Origin: Octopus vulgaris
Taxonomy: Eukaryota
NCBI GenBank assembly: GCA_951406725.2
Contig: OX597814.1
Span: 27,590,001 to 27,654,000 of the forward strand
Length of the DNA: 64,000 bases
Direction: 5' to 3'
Each line of letters starts with the position of its first letter. The first letter of the stretch is position 1. Both the position numbers and the translations under genes were made by a program. Positions 25,036 through 42,059 of this stretch are shown here, in pieces. Under the pieces are notes generated by a model. It ran no database searches. It was not told the DNA's origin and saw nothing but the letters and a program-made list of their open reading frames with translations.

Positions 25036-25358
25036 TTATGGTTTGGATGGCGTATGTTTGCACCTCGCCAGTCAGCTTGTCCACGACAAACTCCAACCTT
25101 TTGGCTAACACCTTGGCCAAAGTCTGCAACTCTGCATTGAGCAGAGTGATGAGTCTGAAATTCTCTATAATGTCCCTCTTGTTTGGGTCTTTTCTCAGCA
25201 GTGCTACTGCCCCTCGGAAAACACAAGTAGGAATTCTTCCATTTTGTTGCCAGTTGTGGTAGACGTCTGCTAAGAGGATCGCAAACAAGTCTGACATATA
25301 AAGCTCGTAGGGGCAGACCATCCAAACCCAGCGATCTGCCTCCCGTGCAGCTCTTCAT
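25036..25358 (-). mobile_element. L1/Tx1-clade LINE reverse transcriptase fragment
   Basis: GRSLGLDGLP/YELY..NWQQNGRIP..GAVALLRKDPNKRDIIENFRLITLLNAELQTLAKVLAKRL matches RT domains 0-1 (SPG.DG, N.RPI.LLN..K.LAKVLA.RL). One frameshift. Confidence 0.9.
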
Positions 25359-25450
25359 GTTTTGTTTGTTTGCTCGATTGTGTCCATTATGATATTCCAG
25401 AAACTACTTAAGCCATCAATTTAGATGTATTTTAAAAAGTTTATTTATGA

Positions 25451-25847
25451 CTAGCAGTATCGCCCGGCGTTGCTCGGGTTTGTAAGGGAAATAACTATAT
25501 AAGCATTTTTAGAGAGTTATAGCCAAAAAATAGCAAAAAAATGCATTAAAAGTGGAAAAAAATGATGGTAATTTTTTTTTTAATCGTTGACTCATCGTAG
25601 ACATTTTTAGAGAGTTACTTACCTTAAATAATAGCGAAAAAAATGAATTAAAATGGAAAAAAATGATGGTAAATTTAAAAAAAAATCATAGACTCATCGT
25701 AGACGCGCGCTAATACCCAGAAGGGCTCGATATGAATCACGACTATAAGATACCCGGTTTTGGTTAAACTGCACCGCAAAATGTGGGAGTAGTTAGGAAT
25801 CTAAATCGTAGGAGACAGACACACAACCTCTCTTTTATATATAAAGA
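25451..25847 (-). mobile_element. Non-autonomous Helitron-like element with a ~98-bp internal tandem duplication
   Basis: A|CTAG..GCCCGGCGTTGCTCGGGT at the left end and TTTTATATATAAAGA|T at the right (minus strand 5'-TC..CTAG-3' inserted in AT). Repeat units ~25504-25601 and ~25602-25703. Confidence 0.85.
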
Positions 25848-27589
25848 TATTTCCCAGTAAAATATAATAATTTTTATCTTCGAATTTCGTAATTAATTTT
25901 TTTGTTATAGAAGTTTATTTTAATTCTTAATATGCAGACTTAAGTTTATTCAGTTATGCCACATACTGAAAGAGATAAGATTCATGTAAAAATTAAATCA
26001 GTTATGAGAATAATGAAATACGAAAGGTTATATGAAAATCCAATAAGTTATAGGGAAAAAAATCTACATGAAATAAAGACACTATCAAACACACAGATAC
26101 ATAGCAAGGTACACAGCAACACTTCAACGTACATATCAATACAATTTCTTTAAAATATTAGGGTATATATATTAGGGTAGTAGTGCAAAATATATTCCAA
26201 TATGTGTCACATGTGTTAGGAAAACAAATTCTTTTGATTTCATTCATTAGTATTTCAGTCAATATTGGGTCGAATATTGTTTCTGATTTTATAACAAAAT
26301 GAGGAAGGCGGAGCGCACATTGTTTTAATCTATGGTATATTGGTATAAATTTCTTTTCGTTTTCCATTTTTTGAGTTATTAGAGTACTATTGATTTTTAA
26401 CAGGTACAATGCCACACATATTGGGTGAACGAGCAGTCGATTAATCAATAATCGAAATTAATAATTGATTTAAGAAGGCAGATGTAGCAAGAGGAATGCT
26501 TTCAATTTCGGACAAATCACATAGATTGGCGATTCAGTACTTGACAAGTCCCCTATTTTATCGACCTTGGAGAAATGAAAGGCATATAGACTCTGGCTGC
26601 ATTTGAACTCAGAATACAAAGAATCGGGACTAAACGGTACAAAATATAGATTCCACCATTCAGCATCCTATGTGTTAGAATAATATTCCACTTGGATTTC
26701 CATATGAATAACGGGATGGCTAAATACGATAGGTTGCCACAGGAGTAGATCAACTTCCGGCAAGCCGTTACTGATTTCCGGTTGCAGAGATTTCACTTCA
26801 CTAACGTCGATGATCTTCTTGAGAAAATCGTGAAAAAAATCAGTTTCAATTGCATTCCGAAATAAATTCGAGTTACAGCGGTTACATTATAAATTAATAT
26901 TTAAACATCAACCCTCGCCGAGGTCGACTTTACCTTTTATCTTTCCGGTATCGATAAAATAACTTGCAGTCCAGTACTGATGTGAGAGAAGGAGGCTAGT
27001 ATATTCACCTGTTCCCACTTACCGAATTTGTGGCCACGTACCTACTTTAGTAATCAATATTCTTGCTCCAAATGTAGCAATCATCATAGAATAGAAAGGA
27101 ACACAAATTCCGTTGAAGCATTGATTGTTAAATCGGTTTCAATTTCGTGGGTGTAACTGTTTGCTTCAATTCTTTCTTCTTACCAAAGCCTTTGCGAAAT
27201 GTCAGATTATTATTATATAATTCCATTTCCCTTCCTTTCAATACATATGAGATCATGTAACCTACAAAAACAACATTAATAAAAACACGGTATTATGTAA
27301 GGAGTTTATGCACCCATAAAAAATACAAGAAAAAAATGGCATGATATAAAGTGCTTGCGTATTTACGTAGGGCATAAAATGAATACGGGTGTTATGTAAG
27401 TTGTTTGCCGAATTCTATAGAACTAAATAGAAAATAAAAGAACATTTGTTTACGATGTATTTGAATTACTGGTATGTGTTTCATATGTGTGTGTGTGCGT
27501 GAGTGTTTGTATTTGTGTGTTTGTGTTTGCGTGTTTGCGCGCGTGTATTTTTGAATTTACAAACAAGTACTTAATTCCACAGTATTTCT

Positions 27590-31255
<3,666 letters not shown>

Positions 31256-31679
31256 ATATACAGGTATATGTAGAAGCAGGCGTCTACGTCACTATGTTAA
31301 TCAGATTATATTCAAACAGACAGAAATTGAAGGAAACATACAAGTGGTGCTACTCTTGGTAGTTATTTTTGATGTTTGCGAGTTGTTACTGTTGTTGTTG
31401 TTGTTGTTGCTGTTGCTGCAGTGCTGCTGTTGTTGTTGTTGGTCATTGTTGTTGTCGCAGAATTTTGTTATTGCTGCTGCTGCCGCTGTTGCTGCAACTT
31501 TGTGCATTAAGTTGTTATCGTTGTTGCTTATGTTATTGCTTGTTTTGATAATAATAATAATAATATGATGTTCTTTTATGTTTTGGTGTGTGTATCCGCG
31601 AGGCCCTTGTGGCCAATAAAGAATTGATTTCGTTTTAGACGTTGTTACTATTATTAATGCGTTTGGAATCTGGAATGTT

Positions 31680-32532
31680 GCCAGATGCTTATTGTGATCT
31701 GCCAACTGAACAACACGGTTGGTGAAATCGGGGGGGGAAAAAAAAAAAAAACCCAACCCTCATTCTATACAGGGTTAGTGGAAGACATAGGTAACAATGA
31801 CCTGAGAGCGATTTTGTATTTCGACGAGGACAGTCTGATTAGAGTCTTCTGGATGAATTTCAAGTCAGAGATTATGGACAATTTCCAACAGTCCTTTGGC
31901 TGGCAGTAGTGCTACTGGCAGTGCCTATACAGGACAAATTCTACAGGCTGGTCAGACCGAGATTTATCAGAGCGACGAAACCGTCCTGCACGAATTCGTT
32001 CAGCGACTGTGCAGTGCTTGTGTCGAGAAAGATACTAGGTGGAGTCGGCCGGATCCGTATCTATTGTGAAGATCGTCACACCACCTTTCTTTCAGACTGG
32101 TAGAATGGTTAGTCTTCCTCTATTTAGTGAGTATAGTAAAGGAAGTCGTGTTTCGGGCATGAATTTCTTCAATTACTACATGAACTGGAGGGTGGGGACA
32201 GAGAAGGAAATGATACCTTATTGTGTATTTTACGCAAGATAGGTGAAAGTGGTGAGATTGACAGGGCTGACGATAAACAGATAACAAAAACTGGGAGCCG
32301 GTGGTGGACATTTTAATTTTTGACACGTCAGAGAAACCCAGGGTTTTGTACGAGGTACCCCAAATTATGGAAGCGGTTTTCACACTTATTGGAAACCTTT
32401 TCATATTGACATTATTGCAAGATATTACTTTTGTAGATTTCTCATTCTTAAATCGATCTACGCACCACTTGTTTCGTTTATCGTTCTTGTGTTCTGACCC
32501 CCAACGTTTTAGGACCTTGTGACCAATAAAAG
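31680..32532 (+). pseudogene. Decayed coding-like remnant, possibly LINE ORF1-derived, ending in a LINE/SINE-type 3' tail
   Basis: Chain of short + strand ORFs in shifting frames (31685-32522) with higher GC than the flanks. Ends GGACCTTGTGACCAATAAAAGA, like 31592-31622 and the SINE B tail CCCCTTGTGGGTAATAAAGAAA. Confidence 0.4.
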
Positions 32533-32576
<44 letters not shown>

Positions 32577-32640
32577 AATAACAACAACAACAATCATCGT
32601 TGCTGTCGTCGTCGTCACTACCACCACCACCACCACCACT

Positions 32641-32695
<55 letters not shown>

Positions 32696-33632
32696 CCACC
32701 ATCATTGCTTTACGTACTTAATATCAGTTCTTGATAGTTTGCCCTTTCGGGGATTTGTTGCATAATATTTTTGCTACAGATCTCGTTTCGCAAGTTATTA
32801 TTTTGTGGAAAGTTCGTCTCTTTGACAGAGATATAGTCCTGGGTCAAGTGAAGCATAAGATTTAGACGCATGGTATTTAGAATGTGATCAGTTCTCTATC
32901 AGTCAGGCAATGCAGCCGGTAGCATGACAATTGTTGCTTACTATGGAGAATTAATGGCTGGTAAAAGTAACAGCGTTGTCGGTGTACTTAAGACGACGAT
33001 GAAGATTATAAGAATAGCTTATTCTGGTGGACTATCCTCTTCCCGGTAACTAAGAACAAATTCTAGAAGCCTCTCAGTGTTACCGGATGCATTGCCATTT
33101 CTAGATTAACTATACAAAGAGAATAGCAATCAACCGGACCTGTAAAAGAAGCACACTGGGTGGTGAAACCGTTCCACACGTACTTGTTTGTATCAGAGAC
33201 TCGAGTTGTGTGGTACAGTTATTACCACACGTAGTAGTAGTTCTTAAACTATGAGTTGCGAAATTAATATCATGGTTATTTCAATAATGCTTTTAGATAT
33301 CTACCAATAATAGAGTTGGTGTTTTCTGCAAATCATGTTGCTTCAATACTCTTGGCATATTTCAAGAGAAAATAGTTTCAAATATGATATTCCCCAACAA
33401 AAGGTAAATTAGTATATAAAAATGCTTTGCAGAGTTAAAGACAATAAAATTTTGAGTGACTGTATTTGCTTTCTCCTGTAAAAAGGTTAAACTATGAGTT
33501 GCAAACTCTAGGTGGAGGGATCGCATTAAGATTATTTTGGATCGTAGAACTTTAGTGGGAAATATTAAAGTACATCTGTGTTTATTAGAGCATTTTAATT
33601 TATATATAAAAAAATAAACTGAAAATATATAT

Positions 33633-33840
33633 GCCAGAAATATGCTTAGCGGTATTTCGTCTGTCGCTACGTTCTGAGTTCAAATTCCGCCGAGGTCGAC
33701 TTTGCCTTTCATCCTTTCGGGGTCGATTAAATAAGTACCAGTTACACACTGGGGTCCATATAATCGACTTAATCCGTTTGTCTGTCCTTGTTTGTCCCCT
33801 CTGTGTTTAGCTCCTTGTGGGCAGTAAAGAAATAAGAAAT
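33633..33840 (+). mobile_element. SINE family B, 5'-truncated
   Basis: ATGCTTAGCGGTATTTCGTC..GAGTTCAAATTCCGCCGAGGTCGAC..GTAAAGAAATAAG. Confidence 0.95.
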
Positions 33841-34744
33841 ATGACTATAAAATATAAATTGCGAATATAGAATGAAAACTGAATGCAAACAAAGCATCAG
33901 AGAACATTAGTTAGAATCATCTTGTTGCTGTTCAGTTTTTGTGTCGAGAATGGTTGCCATATACTGCAAGAACTTTTATCAATACTAAAACCAAGCATTT
34001 ACTATTAAGATGCCTTTTTCCTTTCGTTATCAATATAATTTTGTAAGCTTAATATAATGAACTTTTGATTTGTATCGTATTTGCCATTGTGTCTCGTGAC
34101 ACCTGGTATCATGTGCCTTACAATGAAATGCATTAACAGCCTTAATTAAGTGTTTTGTGAATGATATCAATGCGAAGTCTGTTTAAAGACATGATTTTGA
34201 AATCTCGATCTGAAAATACATATTATTAGTGAGCTGTGTGCTAATAGAAGGCACTTAAGATAATTTAATTTTGACAAGTATGTAATTTACTTGTTAGATC
34301 AACAAATATTATTGCAATTTTTTCCAGTTTTCTAGTTTATATTACATAAAACAAATTCAATAACTATAAAACCAGGGTTTTACATATCTTCATTCTGAAT
34401 TTATCACATAATTTAAATACTTATAAATATAAATTCAATGTTAGTGTTTTTATAGTTATTTTCAAAATATTAGTTGATTTTTATTGCGCAAATATTAGTT
34501 TTTATTTTATTGCGCAAAATTGAAAATAACTTCCACAGATGAATGGTTGAATCTGTCGAATAAAAATAAGTCATAAAACAATGCTGAAGTAATGATTCTT
34601 ACAGATGGTGGATGTAATAACACGAATTAGAAAGTGATCAAGATTGTATAACCAACACGCGTGCGAAACGCGCGCATACGCAACCAAGAGGAAGAACAAC
34701 GAATCTTAATTTCTTTTTAATGGAATTATATTTGCTTTTAGGTA

Positions 34745-35260
34745 AGGTGTACTGTATCTCAGCAACTTAATTCGTAAGGAATTTTTTGGTGAATGAAAGT
34801 ATAAAACATACTAAATAAAAAGACATCTTGATATCATATAGGCTTCCTTCGAAGAGACAAAACTTTACTGTTTTTTGAAAGATTACTGAAATCTTTGAAA
34901 GGACAAAAGAACGTTCTCAAAAGAATACGAGTAAATACTTAAGACATCATACGAATCCTTGTCCTTTATTAGAAAAGTTAAGAAACCATAAGAGTGGTAA
35001 ATAACTTGTGTTGCCGGGAGGTATATAAAAATCACTGAAATTATTCATAGAAAGACTGTCGTTGGTGACATACGAAAAAGTACATCTTTTATTATTACAC
35101 TCAATGATACGTTTTGTAGAAGAACTACATAAATTAGCTATTAGGAATTTATGCATCTTATTGAAAGAATCAAAAAGGTTAAATTTGCGATTCAGTCGAA
35201 TGAATCACCCGACTTAGTAAAAGTGACTAAACTGTTCGTATTTGGCAGTCGATACAGTGT
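34745..35260 (+). mobile_element. Decayed hAT (Buster/Charlie-like) transposase
   Basis: Fragments LVNESIKHTK*KRHL, ELVLP-like, NDT, LIERIKKVKFAIQSNESPD resemble the Buster pattern L.NESMKP.KLKRHL..SNDT..FAIQLDESTD. A possible decayed TIR TAGTAGTTCTTAAACT lies at 33235-33250. Confidence 0.7.
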
Positions 35261-35567
35261 ACACTAGGACTTACTGTTCTGTCGATCACTGGATAAATGT
35301 ACATCAAATGACCCATTTACAATTATCAACCAAGTGCAAGGAGGGAGCCTTTAAGTGGCTATTTCCCCTGTTAGAAAATAGTGAAATCTCCCACAAACGA
35401 CAACTTACAATCTTAAAAAGTTGGAAAGGACATATTGATAAAAAAATGTAATCCCATATATATGTCTAACTCGACAGAATGGACAAGGGCTGGAATGCCT
35501 GTTATTAAAGGCCTGAACTATCAGGGTTGACATGGAGCCAAATAGTAACAGCAAAAACAAATTCAAC

Positions 35568-35985
35568 AGCAGCAGCAGCAGCATTAACACCACCACCACC
35601 ACCACCACCACCACCACCACCACCACCACCACCACCACCACCACCACCACCACCACCACCATCACCACCACCACCATCACCACTACTACTACTACCACCA
35701 CCACTACCATCACCACCACCACCATCACCATCACCACCACTACCACCACCACCACCACCACCACCACCACCACTACCACCACCACCACCATCACCACCAC
35801 CACCATCACCACCACCACCACCACCACCACCACCACTACTACTACCACTATCACCACCACCACCACCACCACCACCACCACTACTACCACCACCACCACC
35901 ACCACCACCACCACCACCACCACCACCACCACCACCACCACCACCACTACTACTACTACCACCATCACCAACAACAACAACAGCT
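35568..35985. repeat. (CAC)n/(CAT)/(TAC) trinucleotide array, ~400 bp
   Basis: Directly visible; source of the poly-P/T/V/G ORFs. Confidence 0.95.
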
Positions 35986-36305
35986 AGTAGTACGCCAACA
36001 ATAACCAGAACAGAAATAACAGGCAATAGCAACAACAACAACAACATATTTTGGCACACTCTGTACGTTTTATCCTCACCTTAACTTTTATATATTTCAA
36101 AGAGGAGATGTTAGTATATTCTCTATTCCTCTTGATGCTTTTCTTAAATGTTTTTATCACCGGTATTGGCAGAATCAATAATCAATTTTTTTCTTTGGTA
36201 AGTTTACATATACGATGTTTGAAAATCCCCCAGCAGATTTTCTTTTTCACTCGGTTCCACCATCTTCTTATAACCATCTGCTAGACTATGTGACAGGACT
36301 TTATA

Positions 36306-36394
<89 letters not shown>

Positions 36395-36431
36395 ATATAT
36401 ATATATTTATGTGTGTGTATATATATGCATG

Positions 36432-36481
<50 letters not shown>

Positions 36482-36603
36482 TGTGTAAATACATATATAT
36501 GTGTGTATATATATATATAAATACATATATATATATGTATATATATGTATATATATATATATAAATACATATATATATATATGTATATATATGTATATAT
36601 ATA

Positions 36604-36640
<37 letters not shown>

Positions 36641-37085
36641 CTCCAGTGTAGCCGTAGTCAAATGACTGAAACAAGTAAAAAGAATACACACCCACATACA
36701 CATATGCACACACGCATGCAGACACACACACACACACACATGCACACACATTTTCACTCACTTAGCCGTTTGTGATTAGAAACCATTAAATACAAAGTTC
36801 AGCAATATGAAGATGCATCTGGTAGTGCAGTAAAAACCTGTATGATGATGATGATGATGATGATGACGACGACGACGATGATGATGATGATGATCCTTTC
36901 TACTATACGCTCAAGGCTTGAGCTTTTGACTGAGGTGCTAGTCAGTTACATTGACTCCGATAGGTAGAAAGGCAAAGCCAGCCTTGGCGGTATTTGAATT
37001 TAGTACGTAAAACCAAGAGAAATGCTGATAAACACTTTGACCGGCGCGGGCAAGACAATACTTAACACGAAGACCAGAGATAAGC

Positions 37086-37135
<50 letters not shown>

Positions 37136-37139
37136 TGTA

Positions 37140-38809
37140 CTAGTAGAGATACCCGGCGTTGCCCGTGTTACATACAATTGGAGAATTAGACTTTTCTATT
37201 ATACTTTCTGCAATGAACTGGAATATCTATATTTCGAATTTCATCAAATTTGCAGATGAGGGTTATTTCCCTCTTTACACACACCCAAAAAATTGTAATC
37301 GTGCCACATATATCCCATACTACTGATTTTTATGCGCATATTCCAAAATTGCAGTCTTATTGAACCTGTTAAAAAGATTTTGCTCCTGAAAAATGAAGGT
37401 CATAGTGCTCTAAAATGTGAGAGTTAACGCCCCTGTTGGGGGTAGGCATTTTAATGTCAACCAGAGAAGTTGAATTGTTGAGAATCTTTTTACTTGGGTC
37501 TTATATCTATTGTTTGAATTTCTTTGAAATAGGAAATATATGTTCACTGGGTTTGTAAAAGAGAGCAAAGCTACAGGAAATCAAAAGACTAAGGATCACA
37601 GTAAGCAGTCAGCTACAGTACCCTAGACGTTACCACTCCCAATGTAGTATTCATCATCCAGGTGACAGGCACAGCAGTAAGATGCATTACGAATCTATAG
37701 CAATTGGAAGGGCGTGACCCAACTGAAATAAACATTAACAACTGTGTGACGTGAGGGCTAAGGAAAAATGAAAGTTGGAGTTTGCAAATGACCATTATAC
37801 TGATACGTAACCGGACAGAATAAATTTACAATCTATAATTGTCTTTGAATAACCAGTCACTCATCTGGGAAGGCCTTAAAATCAATGTTACCATCTGGGG
37901 ACTATGTGTGACCCAGTGATAATAAAAAGACTGAAAGGAGATCTTCAATCAAATAACTTTACTCAACACTTTGCAACTGAATCAGTGGAGGCAAAGACGC
38001 CTCTCATTTACTTGACAATTTATGCACCACATTGCAGAAATCACAATGTAAATGTATGTCAAAGCAAACTGTTACGCTGTTGTACCATTGAATTAGAAAT
38101 AATGCTCAACTTTTATGCTCGGATGACGCCACAGCTTCCAAGAGTACAACTATTCGTCTTTGCTAGGATAAAATGACAAAATTGTGGGTGTTAAGTCCCA
38201 TGAAGGGGTCTTTCTAACTTGTAAGAAGATGAAATTTTATAAATATTATTTCATTTGTATCTAATATCTATGGTTATAATTTCATCAACAGCAAAAATAT
38301 ATGAATTGTCATGGGGGTTGTGGCCCTTATGCATAGAATATAATTTCCAAATTTCGTAAAGACCCATTCAGTACTTTTGACTTAGTTTTGGATCATAAAA
38401 GAAATGACTAAAATTTGGGAGTTAAGGCCCCCATTAGGGTGTCATAGTATCCTCATGTGAAATGGAAACTTTGAGAATACTTCTTGATGTGTGTCAATTA
38501 CCCATGGTTGAAATTTCATCAACATCGAAAATTTATGAATTTTCATGGGGGGGTTCTGCCTCCTTTAAGCCATCCGAAATTCAAACCAAACATACTGCAT
38601 TATACCCGCCCTTATGCATTGAATCTAAGTTTCAAATATCATGAAGATCCATTTAGAAATTTTGGTCCTTGAAATTGTATGAAACACAGCATTACCCTTC
38701 TCCCTGGGCTTCGATTTTGTGTTCCAAATTTCATTATGATCGGTGCAGCAGTTTTCGAATGTATAAGTAATACACGAACACATAAAGACATTGTCTTTGA
38801 TATAATAAA
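37140..38809 (-). mobile_element. Helitron-like element (~1.7 kb) with internal diverged repeats
   Basis: A|CTAGTAGAGATACCCGGCGTTGCCCGTGT at the left end. The right end CCAAATTTCAT..GATCGG..ACACATAAAGACATTGTCTTTGATATAATAAAT is a degenerate version of the 22796 and 25847 ends. Confidence 0.7.
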
Positions 38810-39004
38810 TATGAATGTACACATATACATACATGTATATATATATATGTGTGTGCGCGCGTGTGTGTGTGTGTGTATCATATATATATATATATATATA
38901 TATATTAAATTAGAGATAAAACCACTATTAGGCAAATCAAACAGTGAAAAACATAAAGCAATACATATATACACACACAAAGATAAATTGGTAGATACAA
39001 CTGA

Positions 39005-39237
39005 GTGGGCAAACAAAAATATGAGACACAGCGTAGTGCTTTTTTATGTTGATAAGCCTGGTACTTATTCTATTAGTTTCTTCTTGTGAAACCAGTAAGT
39101 TATGGGGATGTAAATAAACGAACAGCAGTTATGAAACAGTGATGAGGGTGAAACACGAAAACAAAGTCACACACATAGACTTAAATATATACATACGTAT
39201 ATATACGATTGATTTCTTTAAGTTTCTGTCTAAGAAA

Positions 39238-39317
<80 letters not shown>

Positions 39318-39532
39318 CACACACACACACACACACACACACAAATAAATTGTGTGGGCAAACAAAAATATGATATACTGCCTAGTGTTTTTTATTTTGA
39401 TAAGCCTGGTACTTATTCTATCAGTTTCTTCTTGTGAAACCAGTAAGTTATGGGGATGTAAATAAACGAACTCCAGTTGTGAGACAGTGATGAGGGAGAA
39501 ACACGAAGACACACACACAGACTTACACACAC

Positions 39533-39587
<55 letters not shown>

Positions 39588-39745
39588 CGATTGATTTCTT
39601 TCAGTTTCTGTCTACAAAATCCACTGACAAGGCTTTGGTTGGTCTGAAGCTATAGCAGAAGACATGCCATGTTACCACACAGTGGGACTGAACTGAGGAC
39701 CATGTGTTTTGGAACCAAATTTGTTACCGACAGCCACACTTGCAC
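39005..39745 (-). mobile_element. Old SINE family A with a local tandem duplication of its 3' half
   Basis: 39005-39238 and 39354-39618 share GTGGGCAAACAAAAATATGA..GATAAGCCTGGTACTTATTCTAT..TTCTTGTGAAACCAGTAAGTTATGGGGATGTAAATAAACGAA. Head at 39590-39745. Confidence 0.85.
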
Positions 39746-40179
39746 CTGTGTATGTGTGTGTGTGTATGTGTGTGTGTGTATGTGTGTATGGATGTATATA
39801 TGTATGCATGTATATATGTGAATATATATGTGTACATATTACATGTACATCTATATATATACATCTACACATATACATGTATACATATACATCTATATGT
39901 ATAGAAATAAATGTATACATATACAGCTATACACACATGAACACACACATTCATAGGTGGTGTGGCTGTGTGGTAACAAACTTCGTTCCAAAACACATGG
40001 TCCTGGGTAAAAAATTAAAATTAAAATAAGTATGAGAAATTGAATATTAATTTGATTAATATGAATTGAAAACCAGTGGTGTATCATACAAGACCATAGC
40101 GGATCTTCTTCTAGCAAAATGGATGTCCAATGTTAATGGTTCATCCCTCTTATATAATAGTTTGACTTTAATAGTTTCA

Positions 40180-40423
40180 GTATTAAAGTGAAAGTATCTG
40201 ACATTACAATAGAGAGATGTTTTTGTTTCACTTTTAACACGTAATACTGAATTAGTGGAGAAGATATGATATTGTTGTGGGTTCGCCCTAAGCAAGAAGT
40301 TTTTTTGCCCATGACACTACATGGACCCTAAGTAAGGCATGTGTAAAATTTGAATGAAATTGGTTGTGTGGTTCTCAGGTTTTAGGGATTCATACAGACA
40401 GACAGACAGACACACATTCTCAG

Positions 40424-40428
<5 letters not shown>
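40180..40428 (-). mobile_element. Helitron-like 5' fragment, same family as 21785-22796
   Basis: High similarity to 22535-22790, e.g. CTACATGGACCCTAAGTAAGGCATGTGTAAAATTTGAATGAAATTGGTTGTGT. Confidence 0.85.
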
Positions 40429-40471
<43 letters not shown>

Positions 40472-40475
<4 letters not shown>

Positions 40476-40665
40476 TGTAAATCCCAAAAAGAACAAACGC
40501 AAAAAAACAACAACGCAAGGACGGGGTAATGTAACGTATTAGTAGACACTCAGGAAAGGAAAGATGGTTTAACGTTTCGAGCAGATGCTCTTCTTCGAAA
40601 ACCGAGGAAAGTCCAATAGAAGGGAAGACGGAGGAAGAAAATTTCCAACGGTTCACATGTGGTTA
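40472..40665 (-). mobile_element. Microsatellite-embedded element with a decayed hammerhead-like motif (40567-40602)
   Basis: Homologous to 4864-5056. Minus strand TCGAAGA-A-GAGCA-TC-TGCTC-GAAA-C-GTT-AAAC. Confidence 0.7.
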
Positions 40666-40687
40666 TGTGTTTGTGTGTGTGTGTGTA

Positions 40688-40719
<32 letters not shown>

Positions 40720-40794
40720 TGTGTGCGTGCGCGTATATATATATAACGGGGTACCACATTCGTTGACAAGGAATATATATATATATATATTTGC

Positions 40795-41536
40795 AAATGT
40801 TTCTGATGTCCAGAAGTCACTTTGAGAAGACTGAAATCCTCCACCAGCCTGCTTCCTAGGAACTATAGCATCCACCTAAAATTTCCATCAAGCGAGCCGA
40901 GCTGAATGCTGTGCAACAGTTCCGCTATCTTGGGTGTGTCATTTTTACCAATACCAGAATTAACAAAGAATTGGATAACAGACTAGCCAAAGCCAACAAA
41001 CACTTTGGGAAACTTAAGAAGAGGATGTGGAAAAATAACAACCTCAAAATAGAAACAAAGCTCAGGACCACCAGTATCGCGGCTGTGCTTATAAAGACAC
41101 AGCTGTGTTAAGCATTCTCAAGAATGGCTAATCATCGCCTGCTAAACATCACACTCTACGGATAATTGTCTTCTGGTTATCAAAAAAAGCGGTTTGCCCA
41201 AGAATGGTATAAAGACGTGCTAAAAGAGACCCTGAAGGTTTATAACAGTGACCCCAACCCGTAGACTACCCGGGATGTTGACCATAGTGCTTGACGCCGC
41301 ATGATCCAGCAGGCTACCAGCGCATTTGAAGCAAAACCGTTGTGTCAGCTGGGAAGAGAGGAGAGCCCTGCAGAAGGGCTTTATTAGGGCACAGACAAAA
41401 ACATCGCAAAATTTTCCTTGCGGTCGCTGTTAAGGGGATCTGCCGATCTCTGATTGGGCACGTCAGTCGGCAGCATACATGCACGTCGATTAGGCGAGAG
41501 GGACTCGACCATTTGGCATCATCGTATCGTAGTCTT

Positions 41537-41540
<4 letters not shown>
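40795..41540 (+). mobile_element. RTE-clade LINE, decayed 3' fragment
   Basis: KTEILHQP, ELNAVQQFRYLGCVI..INKELDNRLAKANKHFGKLKKRMWKN..LKIETKL and C-terminal CRSLIGHVS match the RTE (BovB-like) ORF end. Internal deletion and stops. Confidence 0.85.
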
Positions 41541-41608
<68 letters not shown>

Positions 41609-41948
41609 ATGTATGTATGTATGTATGTATGTATGTATGTATGCATGTATGTATGTATGTATGTGTGTATGTATGTATGTATGTATGTATGTATGTATGT
41701 ATGTGTGTGTGTATGTGTGTGTGTGCATATTAACAATTAAAGGATAAAAATCATTAAAATTAATGAATTTTATCAGTGCCCAGTATATAAAAAAAACAAC
41801 CTTTTAGGTAAAATGCATATATAGATATATATAATTGTACTAGGGTACAATTATACTTAAGGGGTCAGAAGCTACCATGCCTATCCGCTGAAAGTAGGTG
41901 CCGAATACGTCCATACCACTTCAAATATTCACTCCACATATTTATACA

Positions 41949-42049
41949 GGTTGAAAGCGGGAAAGTAGACTGACTAAAAATTCATAAAATAATTCATATT
42001 CTGAATTATTTTATGAATTTTTAGTCAGTCTGCTTTCCCGCTTTCAACC
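41949..42049. mobile_element. Fold-back MITE-like palindrome (48-bp arms, 5-nt loop)
   Basis: GGTTGAAAGCGGGAAAGTAGACTGACTAAAAATTCATAAAATAATTCA-TATTC-reverse complement with one transition. Preceded by TACA, as in a mariner terminus. Confidence 0.85.
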
Positions 42050-42059
42050 CGCGTATATA

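Noticed and set aside
26745-26790. Two ETS-like CCGGAA motifs suggesting a promoter
   Set aside because: Short motifs with no associated exon or other support.
31301-31600. Gln/Asn/Ala-rich minus-strand ORF resembling a transcription-factor low-complexity region
   Set aside because: Degenerate (CAA/CAG)n repeat with no domain or convincing splice sites.
35405-36084. Poly-Pro (formin/extensin-like) and poly-Gly ORFs
   Set aside because: A (CAC)n array open in four frames, with no third-position pattern favouring one frame.
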